From NCBI GenBank assembly GCA_951406725.2, contig OX597815.1:199826001-199890000 (forward strand): a stretch of DNA of 64,000 bases, read 5' to 3'. Of the stretch, positions 1-15,289 are shown piece by piece. How positions within the stretch are numbered: the first letter of the stretch is position 1; the number at the start of each line of letters is the position of its first letter. The translations under genes were made by a program, and so were the position numbers. The notes under the pieces are model-generated. The model made no database searches. It was not told the DNA's origin and worked only from the letters and a program-made list of their open reading frames with translations. The DNA is from Octopus vulgaris. Lineage: Eukaryota.

Positions 1-179
1 ATATATATATACATATATACGACGGGCTTCTTTCAGTTTCCGTCTACCAAATCCACTCACAAGGCTTTGGTCGGCCCGAGGCTATAGTAGAAGACACTTG
101 CCCAAGGTGCCACGCAGTGGGACTAAACCCGGAACCATGTGGTTGGTAAACAAGCTACTTACCACAGAGCCACTCCTGC

Positions 180-182
<3 letters not shown>
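1..182 (-). mobile_element. tRNA-derived SINE family A, 5' half (cut by window edge)
   Basis: The reverse complement reads GGCGCAGGAGTGGCTCTGTGGTAAGTAGC...GGGTTTAGTCCC (A/B-box-like head), then GGCACCTTGGGCAAGTGTC (CORE-like). It matches the full copies at 3237 and 38868. Confidence 0.9.
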
Positions 183-228
<46 letters not shown>

Positions 229-1316
229 GCACACATAAACTGGGAGCAAGAAGAAGAAGAAGAAGAAGAAGAAGAAGATGGTTTGTCAAAACTACTATAT
301 GGAATATTATAAAGTTGGTTGGAAGCTGAAACCTCAGAAGTCTTTACTCCGAGTTTCTCGTTTTCGATTTTCAAACCTCTGAATGTAAGGAACAGGAAGA
401 CGCGGAGTAGTGATTTATGACATGTTAGCATCCCCAAATTATCCATCTATCAATATATGCATGCATAAATATATCCTTACAGAAGCATGCATACTACCGC
501 TTACACATGTATACATACACACATATAATTGCTGTTGATTTTCTAAGGGCAAGGTCGGGTTTTTTGTGGATAGGTGTAGTAAACATCAGAGATGCTTTAC
601 CCCAAGTAGAAACTGTAGGAGGAACTAAGGGTTTTTACAAGCTTTTCTTCTAAATCCATCGTAACGTTGGAAATTCATCATTAAGTATGTCAAGGTCACA
701 AGCATTTTGCCCCTTAGCCTGTTCGCTTCACCTGAGCAGGACAACGAAAACCAGACTTGTCTTCGCCTGCAAAAAGGTTTCCCTTGCAATCTCTTATCAA
801 CCACAGCCGCTGATTTCATCTGCCTTGCCCATTCCCTTGGTGGCTTTCTTCGGTTGCTTGGGTTCCAAACCAATTTTCTGCAGGAAATAGCGCACCGATC
901 TTGCTGTAAACCGCGGCAACCGACTTCAGAAGGGAATGAGGCCGTGTGCCATCCCCCGAGACAGAGGCCTCGTTGACCAAGTACTGGTATTTGGTATTAT
1001 TTAGCTGGTGAGAAACGTAGTGTATGTCCTACCGTAGCACTGTAAGTTCAACGTGTGCTACCATTATCAGCGACTTACTGAAAGAGCTTAATAAAGAAAT
1101 TGTTGTTTTATTAAATCGTAAAGCAAAATCGGAATATAATGCCCAATGCAGAAATATCGAGAAATCAAATACTATATTTCTGAATGAAAGTACTTTATAC
1201 CACAAAAATATTCAATTTATATTTGTGACATTTCAGTTAGTAGCTGTTTTCTGTATTTTTATTAAATTCTTTGATTAATCTATAAAAATAACATTTGCCA
1301 ACTACAAAAATGTATT

Positions 1317-1572
1317 CTAACCGTTTAGTACTTAAGCCGTCCATATCAGGCCCAAATATTCTTCATCTTTACTCTTTACTCTCTTTTACTCTTTTACTTG
1401 TTTCAGTCATTTGACTGCGGCCATGCTGGAGCACCGCCTTTAGTCGAGCACATCGACCCCGGGACTTATTCTTTGTAAGCCCAGTACTTATTCTATCGGT
1501 CTCTTTTGCCGAACCGCTAAGTGACGGGGACGTAAACACACCAGCATCGGTTGTCAAGCAATGCTAGGGGGA

Positions 1573-1632
<60 letters not shown>

Positions 1633-1969
1633 TAAGACAGGCTTCTTTCAGTTTCCGTCTACCAAATCCACTTACAAGGCTTTGGTCGGCCCGGGGCTAG
1701 AGCAGAAGACACTTGCCCAAGATGCCACGCAGTGGGACTGAACCCTGAACCATGTGGTTTGTTAGCAAGCTACTTACCACACAACCACTTCCTGTTTATG
1801 TTAAATTGCCCAGATTCGGCGTCTCGCTCCTACCTGACAATCTCCTTCTAAAACTAAATGATCATATCGTCATAACCTCGGAGCTATAACATAACGCCTG
1901 ATTAATTCAAAACTATGCAAATAGATAAGCATCACATCAATCAAAATACTCTGAATGCTAAAGGGTGAA
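1317..1969 (+). mobile_element. Decayed piggyBac-type MITE interrupted by a family A SINE
   Basis: The ends CTAACCGTTTAG and CTAAAGGGTGAA and the internal sequence align with the reverse complement of the cleaner TTAA-flanked copy at 60131-60358. Confidence 0.7.
1367..1794 (-). mobile_element. SINE family A, near full length
   Basis: Reverse complement of the 3237-3660 copy, with the internal (CA)n/(TA)n tract and an (AAGAGTA)n-type tail. Confidence 0.92.
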
Positions 1970-2123
1970 GTGTTTGATGATACTGCCATTTCTGTTATAT
2001 TTAGCTTTGATTTCTAGCCTTATAGTAAGTGTACAGTAATTCCTCGCCATATCACGGTTCACCTATCGTGGTTTACTATTTAAGTTTACGTTGGTTCCTC
2101 CGTGGTATTGTTTTGCATTTATA

Positions 2124-2562
2124 AAGGCGGCGAGCTGGCAGAAACGTTAGCACGCCGGGCGAAATGCGTAGCCGTATTTCGTCTGCCGTAACGTTCTGAG
2201 TTCAAATTCCGCCGAGGTCGACTTTGCCTTTCATCCTTTCGGGGTCGATAAATTAAGTACCAGTTACGCACTGGAGTCGATGAAGTCGACTTAATCCCTT
2301 TGTTTGACCCCTCTGTGTTTAGCCCCTTGTGGGCAGTAAAGAAATGAGAAACGTTTGCACGCCGGGCGAAATGCTTTACGGCATTTCGTCTGCCGCTACG
2401 TTCTGAGTTCAAATTCCGCCGAGGTCGACTTTGCCTTTCATCCTTTCGGGGTCGATTAAATAAGTACCAGTTACGCACTGGGTCGATATAATCGACCCAA
2501 TCCGTTTGTCTGTCCTTTTTTGTCCTCTCTGTGATTAGCCCCTTGTGGGTAGTAAAGAAATA
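2124..2562 (+). mobile_element. SINE family B, head-to-tail dimer flanked by one 16-bp target-site duplication (TSD)
   Basis: Head GGCGGCGAGCTGGCAGAAACG, B-box-like GAGTTCAAATTCC, central GCCTTTCATCCTTTCGGGGTCGAT..AAGTACCAG (resembles the Nin/Deu SINE domain). TSD GGTATTGTTTTGCATT at 2104-2119 and 2563-2578. Confidence 0.92.
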
Positions 2563-2830
2563 GGTATTGTTTTGCATTCATAATGAAATAAATATATACA
2601 AATTATAAAAATAATAAAAAATTATACTAAAGCTACAGTTTACTAAAGCTATAGTTACAATTTTATGTTATTGCATTAAATTTGCGTTTTATTCAGCGTT
2701 GAGTACGTTGCTAGAAAGATTTGCACGGAAATTTAATAGTAACACATGTGCGTTCGTATTTCTGCTTGTGTGTGTGTATGTGTATGTGTGTGTGTGCTTG
2801 GATGTCAGCTGGTGGATAACAGAATACGTA

Positions 2831-3092
2831 AAATAATAAATAAATGCGCCCTTTTAAAGCCTAGCCAGGCTCATGGGCCCGGTTTCCCAGTTTCAATGGA
2901 GTATGTGTTCCCCAGCTGGATGGGACGCCAGTCCATCGCAGCATTACTCACTTTTGCCAGCTGAGTGGACTGGAGCAACGTGAAATGAAGTGTTTTGCTC
3001 AAGAACAGAACGCATCGCCCGGTCCAGGAATCGAAACCACAATCTTACGATCATGATGTTGATACCCTAACCGCTAAGCCACTCGCCTCCAC
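2831..3092 (-). mobile_element. SINE group C (CORE-type head C2 plus tail T2)
   Basis: tRNA-like head, CORE-like TTCTTGAGCAAAACACTTCATTTCACGTTGCTCCAG, tail GCTGCGATGGACTGGCGTCCCATCCAG. TSD AACAGAATAYGTA near 2818 and 3093. Confidence 0.85.
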
Positions 3093-3236
3093 AACAGAAT
3101 ATGTAGAGTGACGAAAATACCTTATAGTACTTATTTGCAACTCATTAGGTTCCATTCAGCTTTGTTTCTCCTCCCTTTGAGTTGGATAAACGGATTACCA
3201 GTAAATTAATATATTTAAATATTACATACATGTAAA

Positions 3237-3660
3237 CGCAGGAGTGGCTGTGTGGTAAGTAGCTTGCTTATCAACCTACATGCTTCCGGGTTCAGTCCCA
3301 CTGCATGGCATCTTGGACGAGTGTCTTCTACTATAGCCTCGGGCCGACCAATGCCTTGTGAGTGGATTTGGTAGACGGAAACTGAAAGAAGCCTGTCGTA
3401 TATATGTATATGTATATATATATATATGTGCATGTGTGTGTATATGTTTGTGTGTCTGTGTTTGTCCCTCTAGCATTGCTTGACAACCGATGCTGGTGTG
3501 TTTACGTCCCCGTCACTTAGCGGTTCGGCAAAAGAGACCGATAGAATAAGTACTGGGCTTACAAAGATTAAGTCCCGGGGTCGATTTGCTCGACTAAAGG
3601 CGGTGCTCCAGCATGGCCGCAGTCAAATGACTGAAACAAGTAAACGAGTAAACGAGTAAA
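3237..3660 (+). mobile_element. SINE family A, full length
   Basis: Head, CORE-like segment, internal TA/TG tract and 3' end GACTGAAACAAGTAAACGAGTAAA. Confidence 0.93.
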
Positions 3661-3667
3661 CATGTAA

Positions 3668-3828
3668 GCGCAGGAGTGGCTGTGTGGTAAGTAGCTTGCT
3701 TATCAACCACACAGCCACTCCGGGTTCAGTCCTACTGCGTGACACCTAGGGCAAGTGTCTTCTACTATAGCCTCAGACCGACTAAAGCCTTGGGAGTGGT
3801 TTTGGTAGAGGGAAACTGAAAGAATCCC
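3668..3828 (+). mobile_element. SINE family A, 5' half
   Basis: Second head directly after the full copy. CATGTAA precedes both heads. Confidence 0.85.
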
Positions 3829-4091
3829 ATGTCCCTTTTTTGTATCACCTAACTGTTTGGATGTTTTGCGTTCTTGTCCCATTTTTGTATTTTTTATTTA
3901 TAAAAATATAGCGGTGTACGTACACTTTGGTCTCTTATACATAAGTATATATTTATCTAAATTTTGTACGACTCTATTATTCTTTCTATTCTTTCATTCT
4001 TTCCTTCTTTCTATCAGCCCTTTCACACTTCGTTCATTCCACTCTTCGTTCTTTCGTTCCGCCTCTCTCACATTTCCTGGCGTTCTCTTCA

Positions 4092-4479
4092 TTTCTTTTA
4101 CTTGTTTCAGTCATCTGACTGCGGCCATGCTGGAGCACCGCCTTTAGTCGAGCAAATCGACCCCGGGACTTATTCTTTGTGTAAGCCCAGTACTTATTCT
4201 ATCGGTCTCTTTTTGCCGAACCGCTAAGAGACGGGGACGCAAACACACCAGCATCGGTTGTCAAGCAATGCTAGGGGGACAAACACAGACACACATACAT
4301 ATATATATATACATATATACGACAGGCTTCTTTCAGTTTCCGTCTACCAAATCCACTCACAAGGCATTGGTCGGCCCGAGGCTATAGCAGAAGACACTTG
4401 CCCAAGATGCCACGCAGTGGGACTGAACCCGGAATCATGTGGTTGGTTAGCAAGCTACTTAACACACAGCCACTCCTGC
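4092..4479 (-). mobile_element. SINE family A, full length
   Basis: Reverse complement of 3237-3660. Confidence 0.93.
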
Positions 4480-4582
4480 TCACGTTTTCTCCTCTTTCAC
4501 TTCATTCTGTCCCTTTCATTTTTTTCTCACCCCCTTCTTAATTCTTCTATCCTGCTGCCTCTACCTCTCTCACTTCTTTCCC

Positions 4583-5020
4583 CACGTGACCGGTGTTCGA
4601 CTAAGCCAGACATTTCTTTATTGGTTCGACTACCATCCGTGCAACATCTATATTTCTCGCTCTGCTTCTCAAATCTTATGTCCCCGCTGTAAGGATTTAC
4701 TTCCACACACGCCAGCTTTATTTAATTCGTCCTTAGTCGAAAGACACCTGATGTTATGTCGTGTTATTTGCATTTGTGTAACATTTCTCCGTTTTTTTCG
4801 TCCTTGTTTTCATATACATTTGCTGCTTTCTTCCAAGGAATCTAATGCTTTTAGCCTAGTTTTTCCTTGGAGCTGGCCAAAGTGGAACAATCTCAAGTAT
4901 AACCAGCCGAAATTGCAAAGATAATCTGGAACTCTACCGAGGAAAAGAAACTGCGAATGACTCGTCCTTGTTTCCTTGTATAGTCTGTCTGGATGTTTCG
5001 TTGTCCCATTTTTGTATTAT
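4583..5020 (+). repeat. Unclassified interspersed repeat ending in (TA)n, possibly a Penelope-like terminal repeat
   Basis: The 3' end GGATGTTT..CGTT..GTCCCATTTTTGTATT recurs at about 3858-3892. Confidence 0.45.
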
Positions 5021-5134
5021 ATATATATATATAAATGTCCCCGAAATTACCGGCCATGTGCCAAAATTTGAAACTATCATTATTTTTGCCACACCCTGAG
5101 TTTAAACCATCAACATCAACTTTGCCATTCACTC

Positions 5135-5442
5135 ATTTGTTGTTTGTTCCTTTGCGAGCAATGTTTGGCTCATAAGGGCCGGTTTCCCGGTTTCCTTGGT
5201 GTATAAGTTCCCCACCTGGACGGGACGCCGGTCCTTCGCAGGTGAGCTGCAAGATGCAGGAGGAAAGAATGAGAGAAAGTTGTGGCGAAAGAGTCAGCAG
5301 AAGTTCGCCATTACCTTCTGCCGGAGCTGCGTGGAGCTTAGGTGTATCACTCATAAACACACACATCGCCCGGCCTGAGATTCGAACCCGCGATCCCTCG
5401 ACCACGAGTCCGTTGCTCTAACCACTAGGCCATGTGCCTCTA
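5135..5442 (-). mobile_element. SINE group C variant (C1-like head, T2-like tail)
   Basis: The reverse complement has TGGCCTAGTGGTTAGAGC and GGGTTCGAATCTC boxes and an (AAC)-rich tail. CATTCACYCATTT is duplicated at both ends. Confidence 0.85.
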
Positions 5443-5859
5443 CATTCACCCATTTAGGGTAGATAAACTAAGTACCACTCAAGTACTGAGGTGGATGAAA
5501 TCAACTAACCTCAATTCCTAAAACGTCAGACCTTGTGTTTATCATAGAAACAATAGATACTACTATTACAGCATGTTTTGTATCCAAAATATTCAACTAA
5601 AATCTGTGTATCTTCTGCTGTCTCCCATGCTTATGTAATACAATAATCGCAAATTTTTTGATATAGTGAAACAAGTTGAACTGCTGGGCTCTAGAAACCC
5701 TTAACAATGGAACGGAATCGAATACGTAATCCAAATAGGTATCATTCTGAAATAAAATTGTGAGGTTCTATAAACTCATACGTCAAAATATAAATAACAT
5801 TTATACATCTTTAAAGTGTATTATATCGACTTAGAATTAGCTTTTCTGAAAAATGAATC

Positions 5860-8680
<2,821 letters not shown>

Positions 8681-9474
8681 TGTATATTTCATAAATTTAT
8701 GCAACAATTAATAAATGAAGGACAAAAGAGTGTGAGTAGCATAATCACTTTCTTTAGCTTATGATAGTTTCTGCTATAAGTGAACGTACAACTAGACTTG
8801 AGCACAAGTTTAAAATCTTACTGCTTCCTCAGAGTCATTTGAACGTGTATTTCTATTGTAGAGAGCATTCCACTATATATATTGATGGGTACATCTGAAC
8901 GCACATATAGTACAAAACAGTTAGTTAGGCATGAGGTTAAAACCACATATATACATATATACATAAATATTTCAATCAAAAATATACATATATAAAAACG
9001 TGTAAGTACATACGTCCAAGCATACACACCAGATCTCTTAGAATATCAAATAATCGCACTAATATTAATCAATAATGATGAACGTAATGTACAGGTAGTC
9101 TAATACATCAAACAACTTGGACACGAGCTACTTCAAATATTCCAACACTCGCTACGACAATATATATATAGGACAATTACATAATCCTTACTTGAAGACA
9201 CTGTGGACAACTTGTAACAATGGATGAAGTTTATGCAAATTCTTTCTACGCCTTGCTGACATGCGCAAACACCTTGGGGGACTTCCTGTCGTATCAGCTG
9301 TCTTCTTCTTCTTCTTCTTCTTCCAATCAGGACTCACGCCATTAGCCACAAAGAATAATCTCTAATTCGAGCCTACTCTAAGTTACTAAGAATGAGTGTG
9401 GAAACTTGAAGATCCACCCACCACACACGATAGACTGGCGGTTGCACGGGCGCAAAAGCTACGTTGTTATTCTC

Positions 9475-9800
9475 ATTTCGTAAATGGTGGCTTTTTTAAC
9501 GGCTGGAGAGCTGAACCATCCTGAGGTACAGAAAATTTGCAATCTAGACTAGGGTCTGGAAGTTTACCACACCATAGTGGGTTACACCATGGTTCCTCTG
9601 CTTTGTGGCAGAAGTAGGAAGAAAGTGAGAGGCAGTTGTGGTGAAAGAGTACAGCGCGGTTCACCGCTACCCCCTGCCTGAGCCTCGTGGGGCTTAGGTG
9701 TTTTTGTTCAATAAACACTCACAATGCCCGGTCTGGGAATCGAAACCGCGTTCTTACGACCGCGAGTCCGCTGCCCTAACCACTGGGCCATCGCGCCTCC
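9475..9800 (-). mobile_element. SINE group C (head C1 plus distinct tail T5)
   Basis: Head GGAGGCGCGATGGCCCAGTGGTTAGGGCAGCGGACTCGCGGTC matches the heads at 60787 and 31308. The tail differs from other copies. Confidence 0.82.
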
Positions 9801-10371
9801 GCTGTCTTTACCTATAAAAATAATACATTAACAATTTTGAAGCCCCTGGTAATTTCCGCACAAACAAGTTTCTGTTAACATGTATGTGTGTGCTAAATTT
9901 TCATACTGGCTTATACAGTGGGTTGCAATTTTTTATGTTGTATATTTGCTGACAATACCGAGAAAGTGTATTGACTTTATTGATAATTTGTTTGAACGGC
10001 TTGCGCACTAGCGGCAATCGGGTTACTGAAACACGTGTACAATATATAAAGCATAGAATATAATTAAGTTTTCTGTGTTTATACATAAATATATACATAA
10101 ATGGATATAAATGTTTATACATATCAATATATGTATACATACATACATACATGTTTATACACCCATATCTACGTATATAGATAAATATAATGAGATACAC
10201 ACATCTACATGAACTCAGGTAATATGTTGGGTACGTAGACACACGTTTATAAACGTATTTCTAACTAATATGTTTGTGATACCTTTTGTGTAAGTAAGTT
10301 TCAGATGATAAGTTAATTTATATGGAACCAGAATAGAAGAAATTTATAAAAAAGAGAAAAAGAGACACAGT

Positions 10372-10402
<31 letters not shown>

Positions 10403-10889
10403 TTAGTTACATTGTCTGTTGTGGGGTCATAAAAATGTCAGTGTATATCAGAGATAGATGCCTGCATATGATCATACATACATACATACATACATACATA
10501 CATACATACATACATACATACATACATACATACATACATACATACATACATACATACACAGTGAATTAATAACTACTTCGTGTACAGACATATATACTTA
10601 CATTTGTATATAAGGACATGCACACTCACGTGTATGTACAACAAACGGTACACATATACGAATCTACATAGATGCTCACAAATATGTATGTATATGTGTG
10701 TGTGTGTATGTATATAATTAAACACACACATATGTATATATATTTATTTGTGTGTATATATGTATATAAGCATACACACACATAATGTATATCTTTATGT
10801 ATTATTTATATATTTAACAATTGTACATACATACATATATATTATATTATATTGTATATATATATATATATTATATTATATCGTAATAT

Positions 10890-10951
<62 letters not shown>

Positions 10952-10954
<3 letters not shown>

Positions 10955-11176
10955 CCATGTTGATTCGTTAGTTACTGCACGCATTTTTTTCTCTCCTCTC
11001 CTTTTTTCTCTCCTTCTTTTGTGTTTTTCTCTCTGTGTATCTTTCTGTTGAAGAGCGTAGGCTCGAAACGTTAAAGACTTGTTTTATTTATATTTCCTGA
11101 GCGCCATACTAATACAATTGTTTGTTTGTTTTCTACCTGCCTTCGTCTTTTGTCTATTTTCATAAAGCTTCCCGTT
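10952..11176 (+). mobile_element. Short (TA)n-inserted element with variant minimal hammerhead core (subfamily 1; Penelope-like terminal repeat)
   Basis: Sits between two (TA)n arrays. 11040-11077 reads TCTTT-CTGTTGAA-GAGC GTAG GCTC-GAAA-CGT-T-AAAGA. Homologs at 18810, 41905 and 51060. Confidence 0.7.
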
Positions 11177-11268
11177 ATATATATATATATATATATGCAG
11201 GCAAATTTAACTAATTTTCCGAAGATTGAAAACTTGATGAACGGTCTAAATCGATGTTCGAAACTTAT

Positions 11269-11579
11269 TGACAGTCTCATAAGGGAATTACACCACCGCC
11301 CTAGGAAACATCGACGTTTCCTGTCGTGTTTGACACATTTTCTGTGTCCTTATATTTGCAAAGGTTGCAGCCATCTCAGCTAGCGAGACTTACTACCCTG
11401 AACTGACGATGAGCAATACACTCAGAAACATATGTCGTCAGGTGCTTAGTCCCTGCTGGCGGGGTGATTATCTCCCCTTTGCAAATATAAGGACACAGAA
11501 AATGTGTCAAAGCCGACAGGAAACGTTGATGTTTCCTAGGGCTAAATGACGGTGGTGTAATTCCTTTACGGGACTGTCA
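11269..11579 (+). mobile_element. Long inverted-repeat element enclosing a hammerhead ribozyme
   Basis: Arms 11269-11364 and 11476-11579 are reverse complements, perfect over 36 bp (11329-11364 with 11476-11511). Confidence 0.85.
11397..11442 (+). ncRNA. Type I hammerhead ribozyme with minimal palindromic stem III
   Basis: CCTGA-A, then CTGACGA (11403-11409), stem II TGAG-caataca-CTCA, GAAA (11425-11428), palindromic ACATATGT, GTC triplet ending at 11436, then G-TCAGG. There is one A.G mismatch at the base of stem I. Confidence 0.85.
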
Positions 11580-12476
11580 CGTTATGTTGACAGTATACAA
11601 CCACTCTATCGCTCCACCACCGCTCATGTCTCTCTGAGTCATTTAGAAATTCAATATTTCTCATTCTTTTATTTATAACCAGAAAAGAATGCTACGGTTG
11701 GTCTTTGCAGATTTAGGTGTAACTGTAAAAAATGATGTCGAAATGCACACATTTTAAACCAGTCTTTACACTTGTGCACTATTTTTCTTAGCACAAGTAC
11801 ATAATATTGTGTTGCACTTTTTTACTGTGATATAAATATGTTCAAAGAAAACACCCCTTTGGCATTATAGAAAAGCAACATTTAGTTCATCATGTGAGAA
11901 ATCCGATATTGTTTATTAAATATGGTGCTATACTTCCAAATCATTGATAGCGTTAATTGATGGGCGTTAACAGTGGCTCCAGTTATGCCTTCGCTAACGG
12001 TTGTTTTGCATCACTACAAGAAAGAGAGGATCTTATATATTCTAATTAAATATATATGAATTGTAGTAAAGGAAAACAAAACCATACAAATTGGATTACA
12101 GAAGAGAAACTGCAATAATATTACTGCAATAAGATGTAACCGAAGCTGAACTGATGAAAATCAGCTTTAGTTATCACTATAAGACTCTGCTTTTCGCAAT
12201 CAAAATAATCTTTAATATTTGATATTTTTCCCAGGTGTTTATATATTTCTAGTTAACGTTTTAATGCACCTCAGTATGTTAATACAAATTTCCTGATCAA
12301 ACGCAGCAGATTCATATGAATATGTAGACTAATTGAATATTCAGCAATCAAAGACGATGCAAAAACAAAGTGAGAATAATTTAAGGCAATAGATGTAGTG
12401 TACTTTCATGTCTAGTATTTTCAGTACTTCTCTCTCCTTCTACCTTCTCTCCCTCCATCCCCACCTCTCTTTCTGT

Positions 12477-12505
<29 letters not shown>

Positions 12506-12509
<4 letters not shown>

Positions 12510-13125
12510 CTTTTTGAACGACGCCAGATATTGTGTATACTTTTTCTTGAACGAGTCGCCCGTCATTCCGATATACGTCTATGCTACTCCGTTGGGGTCC
12601 GCAATTTTGGTCTTGTATACGAGTTCCTTCTCGAGACAGTTGTTGTTTATATCGCAGCGGTTTGGGAATCTACAGTTGCATTGTCTTTCGAGGGTGTTTC
12701 TGATGTGTTTATTTTTATTATGATTAAATATTATTGACCCTATATTGGGGAAGCAACTATAGGTAACTTCTGCAGTATTTTTGTTGAAGTTCTTGTGGTA
12801 TTTGTGTGAATGTGGAAAGTGGCTGTCTATTAGTCTTAAGAATTGCCTAGCTGTGTTAGTAGCTACATTCATGCTATATGGTGGTTTAAATCATAAGATT
12901 TTCCTCTGTCTGCGTCTTCTTTGTCTATTTATATTTAATTCAGTGTAGTATATACTACTCTTAAAGTTGGATTTTTCTAATGCAGCATTATAATATGGGG
13001 CGGATGTTTCAAAAATGTCTTTGACGGCAGATAAATTGGAGACGTGCCTGCTAATGTTGTTAACCATATATTTGACTACAGCTGATGGGTGGTTGGAACC
13101 TATGTCTATGTATGGGGCTTCCTCG
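12506..13125 (-). pseudogene. Penelope-like element fragment: RT C-terminal region, linker and start of the GIY-YIG endonuclease
   Basis: Joined frames give YIDIGSNHPSAVVK...RKIL*FKPPYSMNVATN...YSCFPNI...CNCRFPNRCDINNNCLEKELVYKTKI...*TYIGMTGDSFKKKYTQYLASF. These carry the SNHP, F-x-PPYS, CxC..C..C and VY...YIG motifs typical of Penelope ORFs. Stops and a frameshift are present. Confidence 0.9.
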
Positions 13126-13412
13126 TATATATATATATAAATATACATACTTGGAAATGGATGTGTGGGATTCAATCATATATTATAAATAGTATATATA
13201 TGTGCATCTGTACATACATATGTGTACATACTTTCATATATATGTACATACATAGGCATATACGAGCACAGGACGTCATAGGACATAAACAATATGAAAT
13301 ACGAAAACAACATGGTATCCATATATGCATACATATATATACATATATATATATATACATATATATGTAAGTATGTACATATATGCATGTATATATGCAC
13401 ATATATATATTA

Positions 13413-13452
<40 letters not shown>

Positions 13453-13581
13453 ATTATTATTATTATTGTTATTATTGGCCTGCTCGCTTAGCCAGCGGGG
13501 TGGCGTCATTCGAAGGCTAAAACAACAACAACAAACAAACAATTATTATTATTATTATCATCATTATTATTATTATTACTA

Positions 13582-13627
<46 letters not shown>

Positions 13628-14199
13628 GATAAAAATGATAAAAACAGAATCAATAATATAGGCGATTTCAGTCCAAAAAAGCATTAATAGCTGAAGCATT
13701 AAAATTAATCAAAGACATACTAAGTATGTCTACTTGCTCGAAATAACAGTCATAACTCTCATTTAAATCACTGAAAAAACTGATGATAACTACAGAAATC
13801 AACCATCTGCGGGCAAACAGGCCAGGACAATCTCTCAGCATACATTCAAGTATTTGGACTCACGTGGACCGGTTTCTGGATTGGCATTATAGCCTCACGT
13901 TCCTGAACACGCGTTACCATTCAAATCTTAACATACATTCATACATACATGGTGGTTGTGCCCCCTCGTTATCGAGTATGGCCATTGCACGAAGCTTAAT
14001 CAATGTTGTTATCATGCAATACCTGTACAAGATTTTTTTTAAAGTGCACTGAGTCAATCCCACTCACTAAGCAACAGCAGCCATAATCCGAAAAGAAGAA
14101 CAAGTCAACATCATCAGTAACCACTGAGCCGCAGATTTTATTTCGGAGTTATCTTCTCCTAGAAGGATGCCCTAAGAAAGGCTAGGAGTCATTCACTAC

Positions 14200-14622
14200 T
14201 AATGCATACATACATACATACATACATGCATACATACATACATACATACATACATACTTACATACTTACATACATACATACATACATACATACATGCATG
14301 CATGCATACATACATACATACATGCATGCATACATACATACATACATACATACATACATACATACATGCATACATACATACATACATGCATGCATGCATA
14401 CATACATACATACATGCATACATACATACATACATACATACATACATACATACATACATACATACATACATACATACATACATACATACATACATACATG
14501 CATACATACATACATACATACATACATACATACATACATACATACATACATACATACATACATACATACATACATACATACGTACACATACATACATACA
14601 TACATACATACGTACACATACA
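14200..14622. repeat. (CATA)n tetranucleotide array with CATG variants
   Basis: Direct inspection. Confidence 0.97.
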
Positions 14623-14706
14623 TAATCAATGGTATGCGCTTGGAACATATGTCATTTGAATGATCTTACAGGTTTGTTTCGAGTTTAATGTAATACAATA
14701 GCCGAC

Positions 14707-14744
<38 letters not shown>

Positions 14745-14749
14745 ATCAC

Positions 14750-14781
<32 letters not shown>

Positions 14782-14928
14782 CCTGTCTGTCTAAAAGTTT
14801 CGTTTTACGTCACAGCTTATATAAAAGCAATTTAACATTAAACGGAAAAAATTACCAAATACAGTTTAGTAGAGAACATATTTATCAAACTTCGAAGCCA
14901 CTGTCAACTTTTTAATTCTAAACGTTTA

Positions 14929-15011
<83 letters not shown>

Positions 15012-15032
15012 CATCCATCCATCCATCCATCC

Positions 15033-15072
<40 letters not shown>

Positions 15073-15075
<3 letters not shown>

Positions 15076-15141
15076 CCCCTTCTCTTTATCTATCTATATA
15101 CCGATATATATATATATATATATCGGTATATAGATAGATAA

Positions 15142-15201
<60 letters not shown>

Positions 15202-15289
15202 ATATAGATAGATAAAGAGAAAGGGGATGGATATATATATATATATATATATATATCGGTATATAGATAGATAAAGAGAAGGGGGATGG
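15073..15289. repeat. Fold-back palindrome centred on (AT)n plus tandem copies
   Basis: 15073-15103 is the exact reverse complement of 15257-15287. Further copies begin at 15124 and 15198. Confidence 0.9.

Noticed and set aside
560-1000. GC-balanced region with three short overlapping ORFs
   Set aside because: No recognisable protein motif; probably a decayed retroelement that I could not classify.
11233-11268. Hammerhead-like TTGATGA...CGAAAC next to the rod element
   Set aside because: The core and stem II registers do not fit, and there is no stem I or III.
13780-13800. CTGATGA...GAAA motif
   Set aside because: No stem II or III pairing; a chance match.
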